A DNA stretch of 64,000 nucleotides from the NCBI GenBank assembly GCA_965153285.1, contig OZ229113.1; one strand, 5' to 3'. This stretch comes from Podarcis tiliguerta (taxonomy: Eukaryota). Below are positions 12,391 to 25,580 of the stretch, piece after piece; within the stretch, counting starts at the first letter, position 1, and the number at the start of each line of letters is the position of its first letter. The notes below the pieces were generated by a model. It was not told the DNA's origin, did not search any database, and saw only the letters and a list, made by a program, of their open reading frames with translations. The position numbers were made by a program, and so were the translations under genes.

Positions 12391-13734
12391 TGAAAAGAGA
12401 GACAATACATGTACTTTTGTAAACCAAGAAAATCTTTGTGTGTGTCTGTGTGTGTTAAGGGAGGGGAGGTTATCTTTTTTACCAGCAGGGGTTTCCAGAA
12501 GCCCCTTTCAAAGAACCCAGCAAGACAGCACTTTGAAAGGAAATACTAAAGTCATGACAGTCAGTGGATCTGTGGCATCTATTTAGCAGGAGTAACTATA
12601 TTTTAGCCTAGCCTACCTCCTTTATAAAAACTGACTGAGGACACAAACAAACAATCAGATCTGAACAGTGGCTTTGAACAGTTTCCACTCTGCTGTTCTG
12701 TACATCCCATTAATGCCAGCCTCTTTCCTCTGTGTACTTACAATACATAAGGAGCCAAGCATGCAGCAAATGGGAGGACAAAAATGCCACTTTGAGCTAC
12801 TGATGCCATTTCCCCCCTTTCTGGTTACAGGGTGTGATGAAAATATTATAAATAATAATATTTCTTTACTAGCCACATTTACTATGTGATAAGTAAGTCA
12901 AAGGGCTTAAAGGGGACGAGGAGGAAAAGACTATTAGCTGATCATACATTTAAGACAGAGCATCACTGTTTAAGTACAGAATGAAAGGACTTGATTCCAT
13001 TAGAACATGGCTTGTTTTGTATGTGTCTTAATTAGCGCTACTGTGCGATTTTTAATTATAGGTATATTGTTTTCCTATTGTGATCAAGAGTGCAAAGGGC
13101 TATGATGCCACAGAACTATCCTTGTATAATGATCCTCACAGGGGGAATTGCATTAGCATTGGCAGTTTATTGAAACAGCGGACTCTAGTATTAATTTTAA
13201 TGGCATTCACTTTTTAAGTCAATGTGGTTAATGGCTACTATTGGACTGTTTGTTTTACAGCTTGCTTTGAAGTCTCAATTTATGCATCTATCTCATAGCG
13301 GTTGGCATGCGAGCAAGTATAGTGCTGAATGTGCATCAGCCCTCTGTAAGAGGACCTTGTGCCAGAATAGCATCACAAAATATTATGTGCTAACCTGGAA
13401 CAAGGAAAATGATCGCTACAGTGGATTTTGTCAGGACCTAAATTGCCAATCCATTTATCGTAACTCAATTGTAGCTGGCTGTAAATCACACTTAGTAATA
13501 AATGTTTCATTTTTAGTGTTTTCACAGATGTACAGATTCACCTTAGTTCTATTGACTGTGGAGGAGATAATTAAAATCTATGCACATCTTTCATTACTAG
13601 CACCTTGCTTTTATACGGTACCTTTCCACAAAAGAGCCATGAATGTTTCAGATGCATATTTGCAGCTTCACTGGTGGGGAAGTGAATTCTTATCCAGGGT
13701 CAATGTCTACTTTTGAAACATCAGAATACAGAAA

Positions 13735-13925
13735 CATAGGAAGCTGTCTTTTACTGAGTCATACTCATTTCGTTGACTTAGCCCAAAATTGCCTACTCTG
13801 ATTGGCAGTGGCTATCTAGGGTTTCGGTCAAGGAATTTTTCCTAGCGCCAGCTGCAGCTGCCAGGGATTGAACCTGGGACATTCTGCATGTAAGGCAGAT
13901 GCTTTGCCACTAAGCTATGGCCCTT
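13735..13925 (-). mobile_element. tRNA-derived SINE
   Basis: Reverse head GGGGCCATAGCTTAGTGGCAAAG and B-box (GGGATTGAACCTGGG on +); same family as 46222-46405. Confidence 0.75.
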
Positions 13926-14190
13926 CCACGCACATGCAGCTCATATATGCCTTCAACAAATGTTATGATTTTTAGTATTTAGTTATGATAGTGATTGGGC
14001 AAATTTTCCCCATTCCACTGAAATATGGAGAAATGAGATTGGAACTTCACTGAAAGCCTTTCACAATTCTCAGGGAGAAACACTGAAGTTTCCTTACGCA
14101 CACCTGTATTGAGCGGGAGTTCTTGGCATCAGCTTCACGTGTATAAAGACCTCTGAATCAGGGGGAAATCTTCATCTCAGCATAAAGTTG

Positions 14191-14191
<1 letters not shown>

Positions 14192-14223
<32 letters not shown>
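14192..14223. repeat. (CA)n microsatellite
   Basis: About 16 CA units. Confidence 0.97.
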
Positions 14224-14225
<2 letters not shown>

Positions 14226-14318
14226 ATATTTCCTCTGCAGGCTCAAAACTTGCAAGGATGTCCTGAATCAACTTTGCAAATGCATCCTGCCCAGAATTTG
14301 ATAGGAGTGGAACTACAT

Positions 14319-14566
14319 GCCAGTGTGGTGTAGTGGTTAAGAGCGGTAGACTCGTAATCTGGTGAATCTGGTTCGTGTCTCCACTCCTCCACATGCAGCT
14401 GCTGGGTGACCTTGGGCCAGTCACACTTCGCTGAAGTCTCTCAGCCCCACTCACCTCACAGAGTGTTTATTGTGGGGGAGGAAGGGAAAGGAGAATGTTA
14501 GCCGCTGTGAGACTCCTGAAGGGGAGTGAAAGGCAGGATATCAAATCCAAACTCTTCTTCTTCTTC
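14319..14566 (+). mobile_element. Young tRNA-derived squamate SINE (Squam3-like) with (TTC)n tail
   Basis: A-box TGGTGTAGTGG, B-box-like GGTTCGTGTC, CORE-like GCTGGGTGACCTTGGGCCAGTCAC, 3' GGATATCAAATCCAAAC(TCT)n. Family name from recall. Confidence 0.82.
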
Positions 14567-16964
14567 CTAGCTGAGACAAAAATCTGAGCACTCCAAGGTA
14601 GCATGTGATGTTGCTCATGTCAACAGCCATAAAAGCAGGGAGGGAAGCGGACCAACACAATGCCTGAGAAGTTCCCCAATAAATCTGACGGCTTTAACAT
14701 GTTATGTTTACATATTCTATGTTAGTGTATAAGATAGCTGGGCATCTAGTAACAGGTTCACCATACTTAATGTGGTGCCTTCAGAACTATGCTACAAGTG
14801 GAGTTTTAGAATAAGCCCTAAAAGCGGCTATAAATGTCTGTAACCCGCATAGTATGCTCACTTTATTTGTAGCTATAATATGACAAAGCAACTCTGATGT
14901 GAAAATTAATTCCACAAGCCTACCATTCCCATTTTTCCCCCTGTGTTGCAATGATTTATCTGAAACCACCTCATGCTTAAATTCTGTTGTGATGAAACAG
15001 CTGTGAAGACACCAGCCTGGCCTTTGGTGAAGTTCAAACAATTCCAGCAGAATGCTTTAAATCCTGTGAAACCCTTTTAATCAAAAAGAGTGCTTGAGCA
15101 GGACAAGATAGGATTAGAGCTGGATCCCCGCAGAAACTGCTGAAACATACTTATTGCCAGCCGCCAAAACGAAAAGAACAAGGTTCTGGTATTTAAAGAG
15201 TAAAAAGCAATAAGCCAGGAGTTTTCAGGGAGAAAGAAATCTTGCAAGTGTAAGTTGAGATTGTTCCTCTGAAATAGCTGTTGATTGTAATTACGTGGAG
15301 GAGCGAATACCACACTTGAGTACTTTTTGCATTCAGGAAAGTTCTTGGGAGTTTCAAAATGCTTCCTCATTCCCCAGACCCCCATTTATATGGTGAATAC
15401 ACCATTTTTGATGATTGATCAAACCACTACAGTTTTTCCAACTTGTGCTTGAATGGCAGCAGATTTCAAATACTGTAGGTTCACTGAGTGCATGCAATCT
15501 TGTTTAATGATCTGAGATAGAGCTCAAGAAGAATTTTCTTTTTCTTTTTTTGAAACAGATAAGTCATTTTCAGATAGCAAAGCATTCGAATGCTTTGCTT
15601 TCTTAACAAAATTTAACAGAATTGTTTGATGCAACCAGACAAACATCACCAGGGCCTGCCCTACCATTAACCACCTCTGATGGAAAGTGTGGAGCATCAG
15701 TGAGGTGTTAGAAAGCACAGCTATCTGTGTCACATGGCTTGACCTGCATAAGATAGCCAACTTTTGGGTGCAGAAGAGAAGGCTGTCCCATCACCAGTGC
15801 TGAACTAATATTTACCTATCAATCCAGTCAGGTTCTATACTTGGAGGGATGGGAAGGGACCATATTGTCCATTGGCTCAGGCAGCAAACAGTCTTGGGCT
15901 GGCCTTGCACATCACACAAAATTTCTGTAGCTGAATAATATGAGAGACTCTTATTCTATACTCAGAATTTGTCGTAAAGTTGTTACATGATTTCCTCTAA
16001 GATAGGGAGGCTCGCTGACAGGAGGAATGATGGCTTGCAAGAGGCCTCCCTTTTTTATTAGGAAGGAAAAACATCAGTACAAACCAACATCCATCTGATA
16101 CTACATTGTTAGCTCTGCAGACAGAATGATGCCCTTTTAGACAGTGGCTGCGATTCACTGACATCTTGAAACACATGCTGTTGAAACTCGCATAGCATAG
16201 CTTAACCAGCAAAGAATCCCTTGGAGCTCTAAAATTCAACCATGTCCTTAAGTATACCAACACTTGGTTTTAAGTGATATGTGCCAAACTCTCTCATTTA
16301 TCAGACCTGGTTATCCAGTGCACCAAGGTCATTTGCCCTAGTAATTATGTGTAATAATTTGGCATCACTTTTGTATCTTCATATTTTACAACAGCAGGTA
16401 ATATATTTTAAATAACACTTCAGTGTCAAGAGGAGCATTTACGCAACCTAATGCATTAATTTGAAGACATATACCAGGCTTTTAAAATTTGCAAATATGT
16501 GAAAGGTTTCACTAAAGCATTGTGCTGTGTAGCTTTTCTTTAGTTTTTGTTTTATGTCAGACAACTATCCAAATGAGCAAGGCCTGTTGTACTTGATTAA
16601 CTTACTTACTTTGATATTGCTAAATATAACCACATCATAAATAACGGTGTTTACTTTCACTGTGGACAACATTTATAGAAGCAGCTGTTTGTCATATTGA
16701 AGCAACTTCCTCCCATAATGGTGTGTCTATGAAAATCTGCCATGTTCTAGCTACTTAATGCTATTATAAAGCTATGCCATATGCTTGCCACATATGGCGA
16801 TCGTTTTAGAACCCTTAGGAGAAGCCAGCAATGTTCCTTCCTGCAGAACTCCTGGAAACTTAGGGAAAGGGAAACCACTGGGAAAATATTGAGTGTGGCT
16901 CCAAAATGAAATACATATACTCTGAAGATATACTTGCTAATTTCAATCAAACTAACTCTAAATT

Positions 16965-18536
16965 GGATGGATGGCTCGTACACCCCAGGTAGTGTGGTTG
17001 CTGACCTTGAGCCAGACATCCTGGAGAGTGAAGTCAAATGGGCCTTAGAAAGCACTGCTAATAACAAGGCCAGTGGAAGTGATGATATTCCAGCTGAACT
17101 ATTTAAAATTTTAAAAGATGATGCTGTTAAGGTGCTACACTCAATATGCCAGCAAGTTTGGAAAACTCAGCAGTGGCCAGAGGGTTGGAGAAGATCAGTC
17201 TACATCCCAATCCCAAAGAAGGGAAGTGCCAAACAATGCTCCAACTACCACACAATTGCACTCATTTCACACCCTAGCAAGGTTATACTTAAAATTCTAC
17301 AAGGCAGTCTTAAGCAGTATGTGGACCGAGAACTCCCAGAAGTGCAAGCTGGATTTCAAAGGGGCAGAGGAACCAGAGACCAAATTGCAAACATGCGCTG
17401 GATTATGGAGAAAGCTAGAGAGTTCCAGAAAGACATCTACTGCTTCATTGACTATGCAAAAGCCTTTGACTGTGTCGACCACAGCAAACCATGGCAAGTT
17501 CTTAAAGAAATGGGAGTGCCTGATCACCTCATCTGTCTCCTGAGAATTCTCTATGTGGGACAAGAAGCTACAGTTAGAACTGGATATGGAACAACTGATT
17601 AGTTCAAAATTGGGAAAGGAGTACGGCAAGGCTGTATATTGTCTCCCTGCTTATTTAACTTATATGCAGAATTCATCATGTGAAAGGCTGGGCTGGATGA
17701 ATCCCAAGCCGGAATTAAGATTGCCGGAAGAAATGTCAACAATCTTGACATTTCCTTGATGGCAGAAACCTTGACACAACCTTGATGGCAGAAAGTGAGG
17801 AGGAATTAAAGAACCTTTTAATGAGGGTGAAAGAGGAGAGCGCAAAATATGGTCTGAAGCTTAACATCAAAAAAAGGAAGATCATGGCCACTGGGCCCAT
17901 CACATCCTGGCAAATAGAAGGGGAAGAAATGGAGGCAGTGAGAGATTTTACTTTTTTGGGCTCCATGATCACTGCAGATGGTGACAGCAGTCACGAAATT
18001 AAAAGACGCCTGCTTCTTGGGAGAAAGGTGATGGCAAACCTAGATAGCATCTTAAAAAGCAGAGACATCACCTTGCCAACAAAGGTCCGTATCGTTAAAG
18101 CCATGGTTTTCCCAGTAGTGATGTATGGAAGTGAGAGCTGGACCATAAAGAAGGCTGATTGCCGAAGAATTGATGCTTTTGAACTGTGGTGCTGGAGGAG
18201 ACTCTTGAGAGTCCCATGGAGATCAAACACATCCATTCTTAAGGAAATTAGCCCTGAGTTCTCACTGGAAGGACAGATCATGAAGCTGAGGCTCCAATAC
18301 TTTGGCTACCTCAGGAGAAGAGAAGACTCCCTGGAAAAGACCCTGATGTTGGGAAAGATGGATGGCACAAGAAGAAGGGGATGACAGAGGACGAGATGGT
18401 TGGACTGTGTTCTCGAAGCTACAAACATGAGTCTGACCAAACTGCGGGAGGCAGTGGAAGTCAGAAGTGCCTGGTGTGCTCTGGTCCATGGGGTCACGAA
18501 GAGTCGGACATGACTAAACGACTAAACAACAACAAC
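16965..18536 (+). mobile_element. Bov-B (RTE clade) LINE, 5'-truncated, inactive
   Basis: ORFs 16934-17602 and 17782-18384 encode Bov-B RT motifs (EPDILESEVKWAL, GSDDIPAELFK, QAGFQRGRGTRDQI, FIDYAKAFDCVDH, YGSESWTIKKAD, FELWCWRRLLRVPW). (CAA)n tail. 11-bp TSD AACTCTAAATT at 16954-16964 and 18537-18547. Internal stops and frameshifts. Confidence 0.97.
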
Positions 18537-18699
18537 AACTCTAAATTAGTTTACTTAGGATGGTAGCCTTGAGATTATACTCAAATGAGGCATGTTCTCA
18601 TAGTTGCATTTGTTACTTGAAACTGGGGAAAAATACATTTTAGTCAGGCTCTGACTAAAGTGACAAGAGACTTGCAATTGTTGACCTGCAATATTTAGA

Positions 18700-19395
18700 G
18701 GAAGTGAATTCCCTGCATCAAGGCTAAAGCAACACACAAGTCTTCTCCAAAGGTCAGTGAGAGCAGAGCATCTTCTCCTCTGGAGCTTGTGCACAGTGAC
18801 ATGTGCAGACCAATGTCAACTCCTACACCCAGAGGAAACAAATATTTCCACATATTCATTTACTACTTCAGTCTCTTTTCTGTGGTCTACCTACTTAAGA
18901 ATAGAGCAGAAGTCTTTGGAAAAACTGAGTAAGTACACGGCATTTACCAGCAAACAGTTCCTGAGGAAAGTGAAATTGTGGATGATGGTAAATTTACTCA
19001 CCATAGTGTTGAGCATTTTTCTCAATGAGAATGGCATGCAGAATCAAACCACTGCTTCATATATGCCCCCTGCCAAAGAAAAAAATGGCATTTCTGAGAG
19101 AAAGTATCGCTCACTAATAGAAATGCCAATGAGCCTGCTGATTGATGCTGGTCTCTCTAAGAAGTCCTGGGGAAACAGCCAAATACCCACAGAACAGACT
19201 ACCTTCCGAAGCAATAGACATAATACATCTTGAAAAGTGGCCTGGAAAGAAACCCTGTGCACACTACCTCGGACTTTTCGGTTGTAAAGCTTATGCCTCA
19301 ATTCTGCCTGAAAAATGCAGTAAGCTGTGAAACAGAACTGTAGCAAGCTTGTTGATTAGTTACACCTAAACCTGCAAAGGCTACAGAATTCTGGA
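18700..19395 (+). mobile_element. Ty1/Copia LTR-retrotransposon pol fragment (integrase), decayed
   Basis: Frame-shifted translation gives CIKAK, PLELVHSDMCRPM..GNKYF, VYLLKNRAEVF, FLNENG..TTASY, NGISERKYRSLIEM..SLLIDAGLSKKSWG, QNRLPS, W.GKKP..LGLFGCKAYA, KGYRI: the Copia rve core plus the downstream GKGY-type region. Confidence 0.88.
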
Positions 19396-19867
19396 GCCAA
19401 ACATGACGTGAGCAAAACAGTATACTGTGGCTTCACTGTTTTTGTAATGTGTGAGCCAGTTCTTAGGTACAGATCCCATCATTCCAGACCTATCATGGCC
19501 TCCCTCCATGGCTGCCATTTGAACCTGCAGGGGTCTCTGTTCTCTTACACAAAGCATACATAATAATAGTAACAAGAACACATCTGTTTGGAAACAGGCA
19601 ACTTATTAAATAAGGAAACATATTGGCAAACCAGTGAGCCAGGATATTAAGAGCCAGTCAATATGATCAATGATGCCTTGTTATTAAACCATTACTCTCA
19701 CACAGCCTTTTCATCAGGAAAGTGCTAAATTTATCCAATGTTCAAATCGATGGATAGGAGAGTCCTTTTATAAACAAGCAACTTAATGAAACTGTGGCAT
19801 CAGCTATAATATGCACCAAATAATTTACCGCAAGTTTTTTTGTGACATTTTTATCATATATATTTTG

Positions 19868-19872
<5 letters not shown>

Positions 19873-19898
<26 letters not shown>

Positions 19899-19902
19899 CA
19901 CA
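19873..19902. repeat. (CA)n microsatellite
   Basis: About 15 CA units. Confidence 0.96.
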
Positions 19903-21229
19903 AAAGAGAAAAAGGAAAGTGATGAGATTCTGTTAGATATAGTTTCTTATATACAACAGAACTTGGGAAGTTGTCTTATAGTCATACCACTGTGAGCCCA
20001 CTTTTATTCGCATCCGCCTTCCCCAACCTGCTGCTCTCCAGATATTTTGGACTGGAGCTTTCATTAGTCGCCATCAGTATTGTCAGAGGCTTTATGCTGT
20101 CAAGCCGGCATAGATAAAACTCCAGGCTCACGGCCAGTTCCAATCTATTTGATTTATTGACAAAGTTCAAAAGTACATCTCCAGTGTTTCAATCAATGTC
20201 CGACTCCTTTGGCACAGTTGCCGCATCTGATTTCTTTTTCCTTTTTTTACCCAGCATGCAAGTCTGCGGAAACCTCGCCCCTGACTTCCTCTGTGTACAG
20301 AATGACTTGTTCCAGGCTCATCCTCCTCTCCCTCTACGTCAGGCCCACTGTCAGACGACAGGCTGCTAATGATCTCTTTAGGCTCTCTATAATTGCTGGT
20401 TTCTGTTCTTAAATCGTCTCCCGTTTGCCTCTCCCTGACAAGTATGGTCAATGCTCAAGAATGAACTCCAAAACATCTGGGGGGATATTTTGAAACCTGT
20501 TTCAAAGGATACACCTTTCTGTTTGCTTCATGGTTCATTCTAAACCACATAGACAGTTCTGCTAGGAATCAGATTGGGAATTTCAGAAAATACTCTTGGC
20601 ACACAGTTGATCCAGTTGAATAATCAATTCCTCTCTTTTAGTTCCCATGGATGCAATTTGTAAATTTCACAACTGTAGGATTACTGCTTCATTATCATGT
20701 CCAATTTAAATAGCCAAGAAAGCTTTTGTTTTCCTCTTTCCCAGTATTAAAGTTTCTGTGAATGCTGACAGTTCTCCTATGAATATGTTTTGGGCAGACA
20801 TTGTTGGTCTTGACTGAAGGTAAAATAGAAATATACATAACTAATTGCGTGCTGTGAGATATGAGCTAGTTCCCACAGAGCCCAGCAGGCAGATTTTACA
20901 GGCAGCTAATCCAGAAATGAACTTTGGGCTTGAATGCCTTGCTTTACTTCATGAACAGCATCTAGCCTGAATCAGGAAATACATGTATAATTAAATCCCA
21001 TTCTAATAATCCATCCAAATTTCTTTCCCCTGCACCACCTCAGCTAGTTTATTACATGTTTGGAGTTTACTCATGTCTGTGCTTTTCTGTCCCATTTTGA
21101 GGTCAAATTCTATACAGGAGAGTAAGGTGCACAACCTTGAGACCTGACAGTGATGGATATCCAGCATTTAATGCTGTGCTTAAAATTGCAACTGGGAACA
21201 AGGGTTGTTGGGAACAGAGTGTATTCACC

Positions 21230-21650
21230 CTTTCAGCCTTCACGCCAACCTGTTCATATTTGAAGATCTGCTTTGAAGGCCTTTCTCCAGGTACTTGCAG
21301 TATTTGAAGTGACGGAGGTAGCAATAAGAGGAAGGGCCTTCTCAGTGGTAGTGCCTTAGCTTTTGAATCCTTTCCCCAGAAAGGTCTCCCTGATGGCTAA
21401 ACAGCACAATCTTAGCCATGTTTACTTAGAAGTAAAATCCTGATGTATAATCCCAGGAAGGTGTCAGAGTGGCCGTATAATGTGTTATATTTTTGGTGTA
21501 ATGCAAAACCCTTTTATTTTTCTGTGCCTTTTAAATAATGTTAGTCTTTGATGAAATTGGTTTGTGCTGCTCTTGCATGTTGTTTCTCTGTTACTTGTTT
21601 TGATACTGTTGTGCTTTTTATTGCTTCTATTATGCTTTTATATGTTGTAA
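21230..21650 (+). mobile_element. Highly degraded L2 3' fragment
   Basis: AGGGCCTTCTCAGTGGTAGTGCC (RAFSVV motif) at ~21333-21355, followed by a T-rich L2-like 3' UTR. Confidence 0.5.
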
Positions 21651-21715
21651 AACTGCCCTGGAGGAATATTTTTGTAGGGTGTTTTACATACACACACACA
21701 CGAGAAACATCTGCA

Positions 21716-21859
21716 TGGTCGTCTTCTTCTCTGGCGATCACTCGTAGCCGAGTAAGATTGTCTTCCATAAACACGGTTTTAACAATGAATCCATAAGTGA
21801 CTGCGGAGACCAATTCTGAACCCACACGTCCTTCCATAGCGGGGACATTGGTTCCCAGG
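21716..21859 (-). mobile_element. RTE-clade LINE extreme 3' fragment (C-terminal zinc finger)
   Basis: The - strand reads PGNQCPRYGRTCGFRIGLRSHLWIHC*, a degenerate CxxCGR..RIGL.SH..H C2H2 finger typical of RTE ORF ends, then a short 3' UTR ending in GAAGAAGA. Confidence 0.8.
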
Positions 21860-24059
21860 TGGTATCTTCTCAGAACAACATATTATATGAAGCAAACAGG
21901 AAGTGACCCTTAACAAACTACAGTGCCCAGAATTCTTGGAGGAAAAGAATGTGCTTCAAATCTGATTAAAGCTATAGTGTGTACACAGCCTATAGCTGCA
22001 ATCCAGACCTCTTTTAATTTGGGAGCAAAACCATTTACTTGAAAATGAGCAATCAGGAGTAAATGGCTTGCGGAAGGGCCATTTATACCACATGAAGAGG
22101 CAAGAATCAGTTGCAAGACTGAAATAGCCATCCTGCAATGCTTGGCTGTATTCTGTCAGAGCTGAAAGCTCCTTGGAATAATGACCATAGCTGAACATCG
22201 TGAATGAAAACTTCGTAGAGGAATGACAATCCCCTTGGTATAGTGGGTGTTTTTTTATTTTTATTTTTTAATGTTTCAGGAAGTGAAAAGTCTAATATGG
22301 AATGACTGGTATGTTTGGAAGATATCGGCGAGACGGCACCAGATCTACTTTGTGTTTAACCTTTTAATTTACTGCTGACCTCGTGCTTCCAGTGGAAAAG
22401 GAAAAAGATTAGGTGGGGGAGGGGAATCCTCCATTTTGGGAAATTGGTATTGGTTCCTGTTACAAAAGCCAATGTGTCTGTTCAGCAGCAGCATTTATTC
22501 TGACTGTGAGCCAGACAGTTGGAATGAAGAGATATATAGAACTGCATTCTCTTCCCTGAAATAGGAGATAGCAGTGATAAAAAGACTTTATACATTTGAT
22601 GTGTTCACCTCAATGATTTGATAGATTTGTGGGGTGGTGTCACATTAATAGGCAAATTTTCTTCATTTCCTCATTGGAGTTGATTACACAACATTTTTCA
22701 GACTTCCTGAAAGTATACATTTAAGTATTGTGGCTCAAAAGCTAATTGCTGCTGCTCGTTCTTAAACCTGAGAAATAAGTACATTGCCAGTTTTGTTTGT
22801 GCTTCTGGATTGTATCCAATGGTGTCGCTCAGCTGATAGTAAGACTTCCATTAGTGGAATGGAGAAGAAGTAATTTTCACGATTTCCCTTCTTCATGAAA
22901 CTCCTTCCGCAGCCTCCCTAAATCTGCTCTGGAGGATATTTGGAATAGCTGCAGTGTGAGGAAGAAAAGCCAACAATTGATTCTGTCTCCAGTCTGCTGA
23001 TATAAGCCTTACTGTCAGCTGAGTAAAATGTTGAATATGACACTCTGTTCCCAATAGACTTCCATGCATATTGGGTGAGGCCTTTTCATATTGTCACCCT
23101 TCATCCTATAAAGCTTGGAATGGTTTTGGCCAGACTATGAACCACATCCTTCCATGTATCACATCAGAAGCAAAGATCCACATGTTCCTTTGAAAAATAG
23201 GCATCTGCATGCAGAGCAGCTATTTTCCTTAAGCAAGCAGCTTGCCTGAATAAAATCATTCCCCAATCAAATCCTTTGTACAAGATGTCTGTATGATGAA
23301 GCAATTTGTGCAAACAGCTTACACAAGTGCAAGAAGAACAGTGTAAGTGGTCCTTATAATCCCCTCGCACAATCCACTATGGTTAAACCACAGTGGTTGT
23401 GTTCTGATGGCAAGCTTAATGCAAATGTGCTGCCTCCCAGCAAAGCAATCATAGCTGCTTTGCTCCTTCCTAATCCTCTTAGCTCAGTGCAGCATGGCAG
23501 CTAAGCCAAGGTGTACTGCCCAAATGTGGAATCGTGATGAAGTTGTCTTCTCATTAGTCACAGTTTGTTCGAGGTCACAGATTGTGGTTATCACAGAATT
23601 GTATAGTTGGAAGAGACCCCGAGGAGTCATCTAGACCAAACCCCTCCTATGCAAGAGAAGAGAGCTTTGACACGACCCCACATTTGAATGATATGTGGTA
23701 TGGCTTATCATGATGTGTGAACCAGGCCAAATATCTAAACTCAGCTTTGGAATTCTGAACCTCTAGAGGTCTGTTAAAGCCTGGTTTTCCCCCCCAGCTT
23801 AAAAGCTGAATCAGTTTTGCTTTCTATTCCCATCCTCATTCTTTCCATGTATCAACCATTAATATCCTTACAAAACTCCCTGCTTTTTCTCATCTGCATG
23901 CTTCATTGCAGCCCTCTCTTCCTGATTCTGCTTGAAGACATTATTAACACCTTACCTCTTTTCTCTTCTGATCCTCACTTGACGTTCCATTTTGATTCTT
24001 TCCCCTTCAGGCTAAGTAGTCTAAAGGTCCCCTTTTAACTGCAGCTTCACACAGCAAGT

Positions 24060-24630
24060 GCAAGGCTTTCTTCCCCCCTCCAAGACTGCCATACATTGCC
24101 TTTACTTGGGAGTAAACTGCACTGAAATCCAAAGGATAAAGGCTACAATCCTATCCCTGCATATCTCCATCAAATTCAGTAGGATTTACTTCTGTGTAGA
24201 AACGCTCTTACTTCTGTCGGGTGATAAACATCTACAATGTTTCACTGCACATCTTCTTCCCAGTTGTTGTATGGCTTAAAAAACAACAACAACCAACAAC
24301 AACTTGAAAATGTTACTCTTGAAAATGTTAAAGGACCGTCAAATATATAAATGCATATATGACATTTATAAGTTCCAACATCAACAGGAAAATGCAGCCA
24401 TATTCAGCAATGACAATACAAATAAATTAGACTTGGAAGGTGAGGACTATTACTATTTTTATTTTAAATTACAGCACAATCTTGTACATGGTTACACAAA
24501 TGTAAATCCGATTGAGCTAAATTAAGACTATTTCAATGTAAGTAGGTGTAGGGTTGCAGGCTTACAGTGTCTACTCTGAAGTACACCCCACCGACTTCAG
24601 TTGGGAGAATTGAATATAGGTTTGCAGCTA
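24060..24630. repeat. Cluster of short (~85 bp) palindromic dispersed repeats
   Basis: Several degenerate copies of CAATCCTAT..TTACT...CACTGA..CAGT/AAT GGG..TTACT..AGGATTGCAG. Similar copies near 4750, 26690, 32245, 34505, 46590, 59085 and 63895. Confidence 0.55.
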
Positions 24631-25580
24631 TACGGAACGATCCTCCCCACCAGTCAGAAGCAGCAGGACAGAGCAGAGTAGCAGACCAATCTCTGCAGTT
24701 AAAACCTGTCATCCATACTTGTCAAGAGGAAGGTAGGGGCAGTTTTTCACCCTTTTTTTGCTGTGCCACTTCAAGGTATGTACACAAAGCTCCTAGTAGG
24801 CATTTCATTAATAATCACATTTTTAAATAAATTAATTAATAATTCTATTGATTTTCAATGAAACTACAAAAATAACATAAAATAAAAGGAACTTAGATGG
24901 ACTAAGAATGGTAAATAAGATGCAGCAAAACATCAAGCAGAGCAGGAGCATTGCTATTACAGAGCTGTATAATAGCTGACAATGCAATGTACAGTAAGAG
25001 TGTATGTAATGCATATCTCATAATAAACAGAAGGCAATGGATTATTCATGGAGAGATTCATTTGTCCCAAATGTCTTGTGAAACTGGGGTGGGGGAAAAG
25101 ATATAACTGTTCCTTTTTGATATATTCAATAAAGACCCACCAGACCACAAGAAATGATTTTGGCTCCCCTTTTCCATTCAAAAATCTGACATGCCAGCTA
25201 AGTATTTTTTTAATCAAGCTTGGCATGAGGGAGGGGGCTGGAGATGAGGATGTTATTCTTCTGATTTAGTATTTAATTTGGGGTGTGTCTTTCCTTTTTT
25301 TTGTTATTTTATTATTCATTTCCAAATGTTTTCATTTCAACCTGGCTCACCTCCAATACTTTTATCGCATTTATAACTTGGTGGAGTTGCCACACTGATG
25401 ATAGCATAAGCCTTGACCATCTCAGTTCTGCCTCCAGGAGCACAGCTGAGTATAACATGGGGATGGGGAGGAACAGAGGTTGTGTAAAATAAGCATTGTA
25501 GCAGCTAAAGCAAAGTTATTTGTTTTGTTTTATTTGTTAAAAGTGTATATAAATGGGATCCTCATAATAGAGGGTCCTGG

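Noticed and set aside
13222-13716. 164-aa ORF
   Set aside because: No recognisable domain, no convincing exon boundaries, and composition typical of translated non-coding DNA.
22280-22308. 29-nt exon candidate (TTTCAG|...|GTATGT)
   Set aside because: The peptide (EVKSLIWND) is not recognised and the splice signals alone are insufficient.
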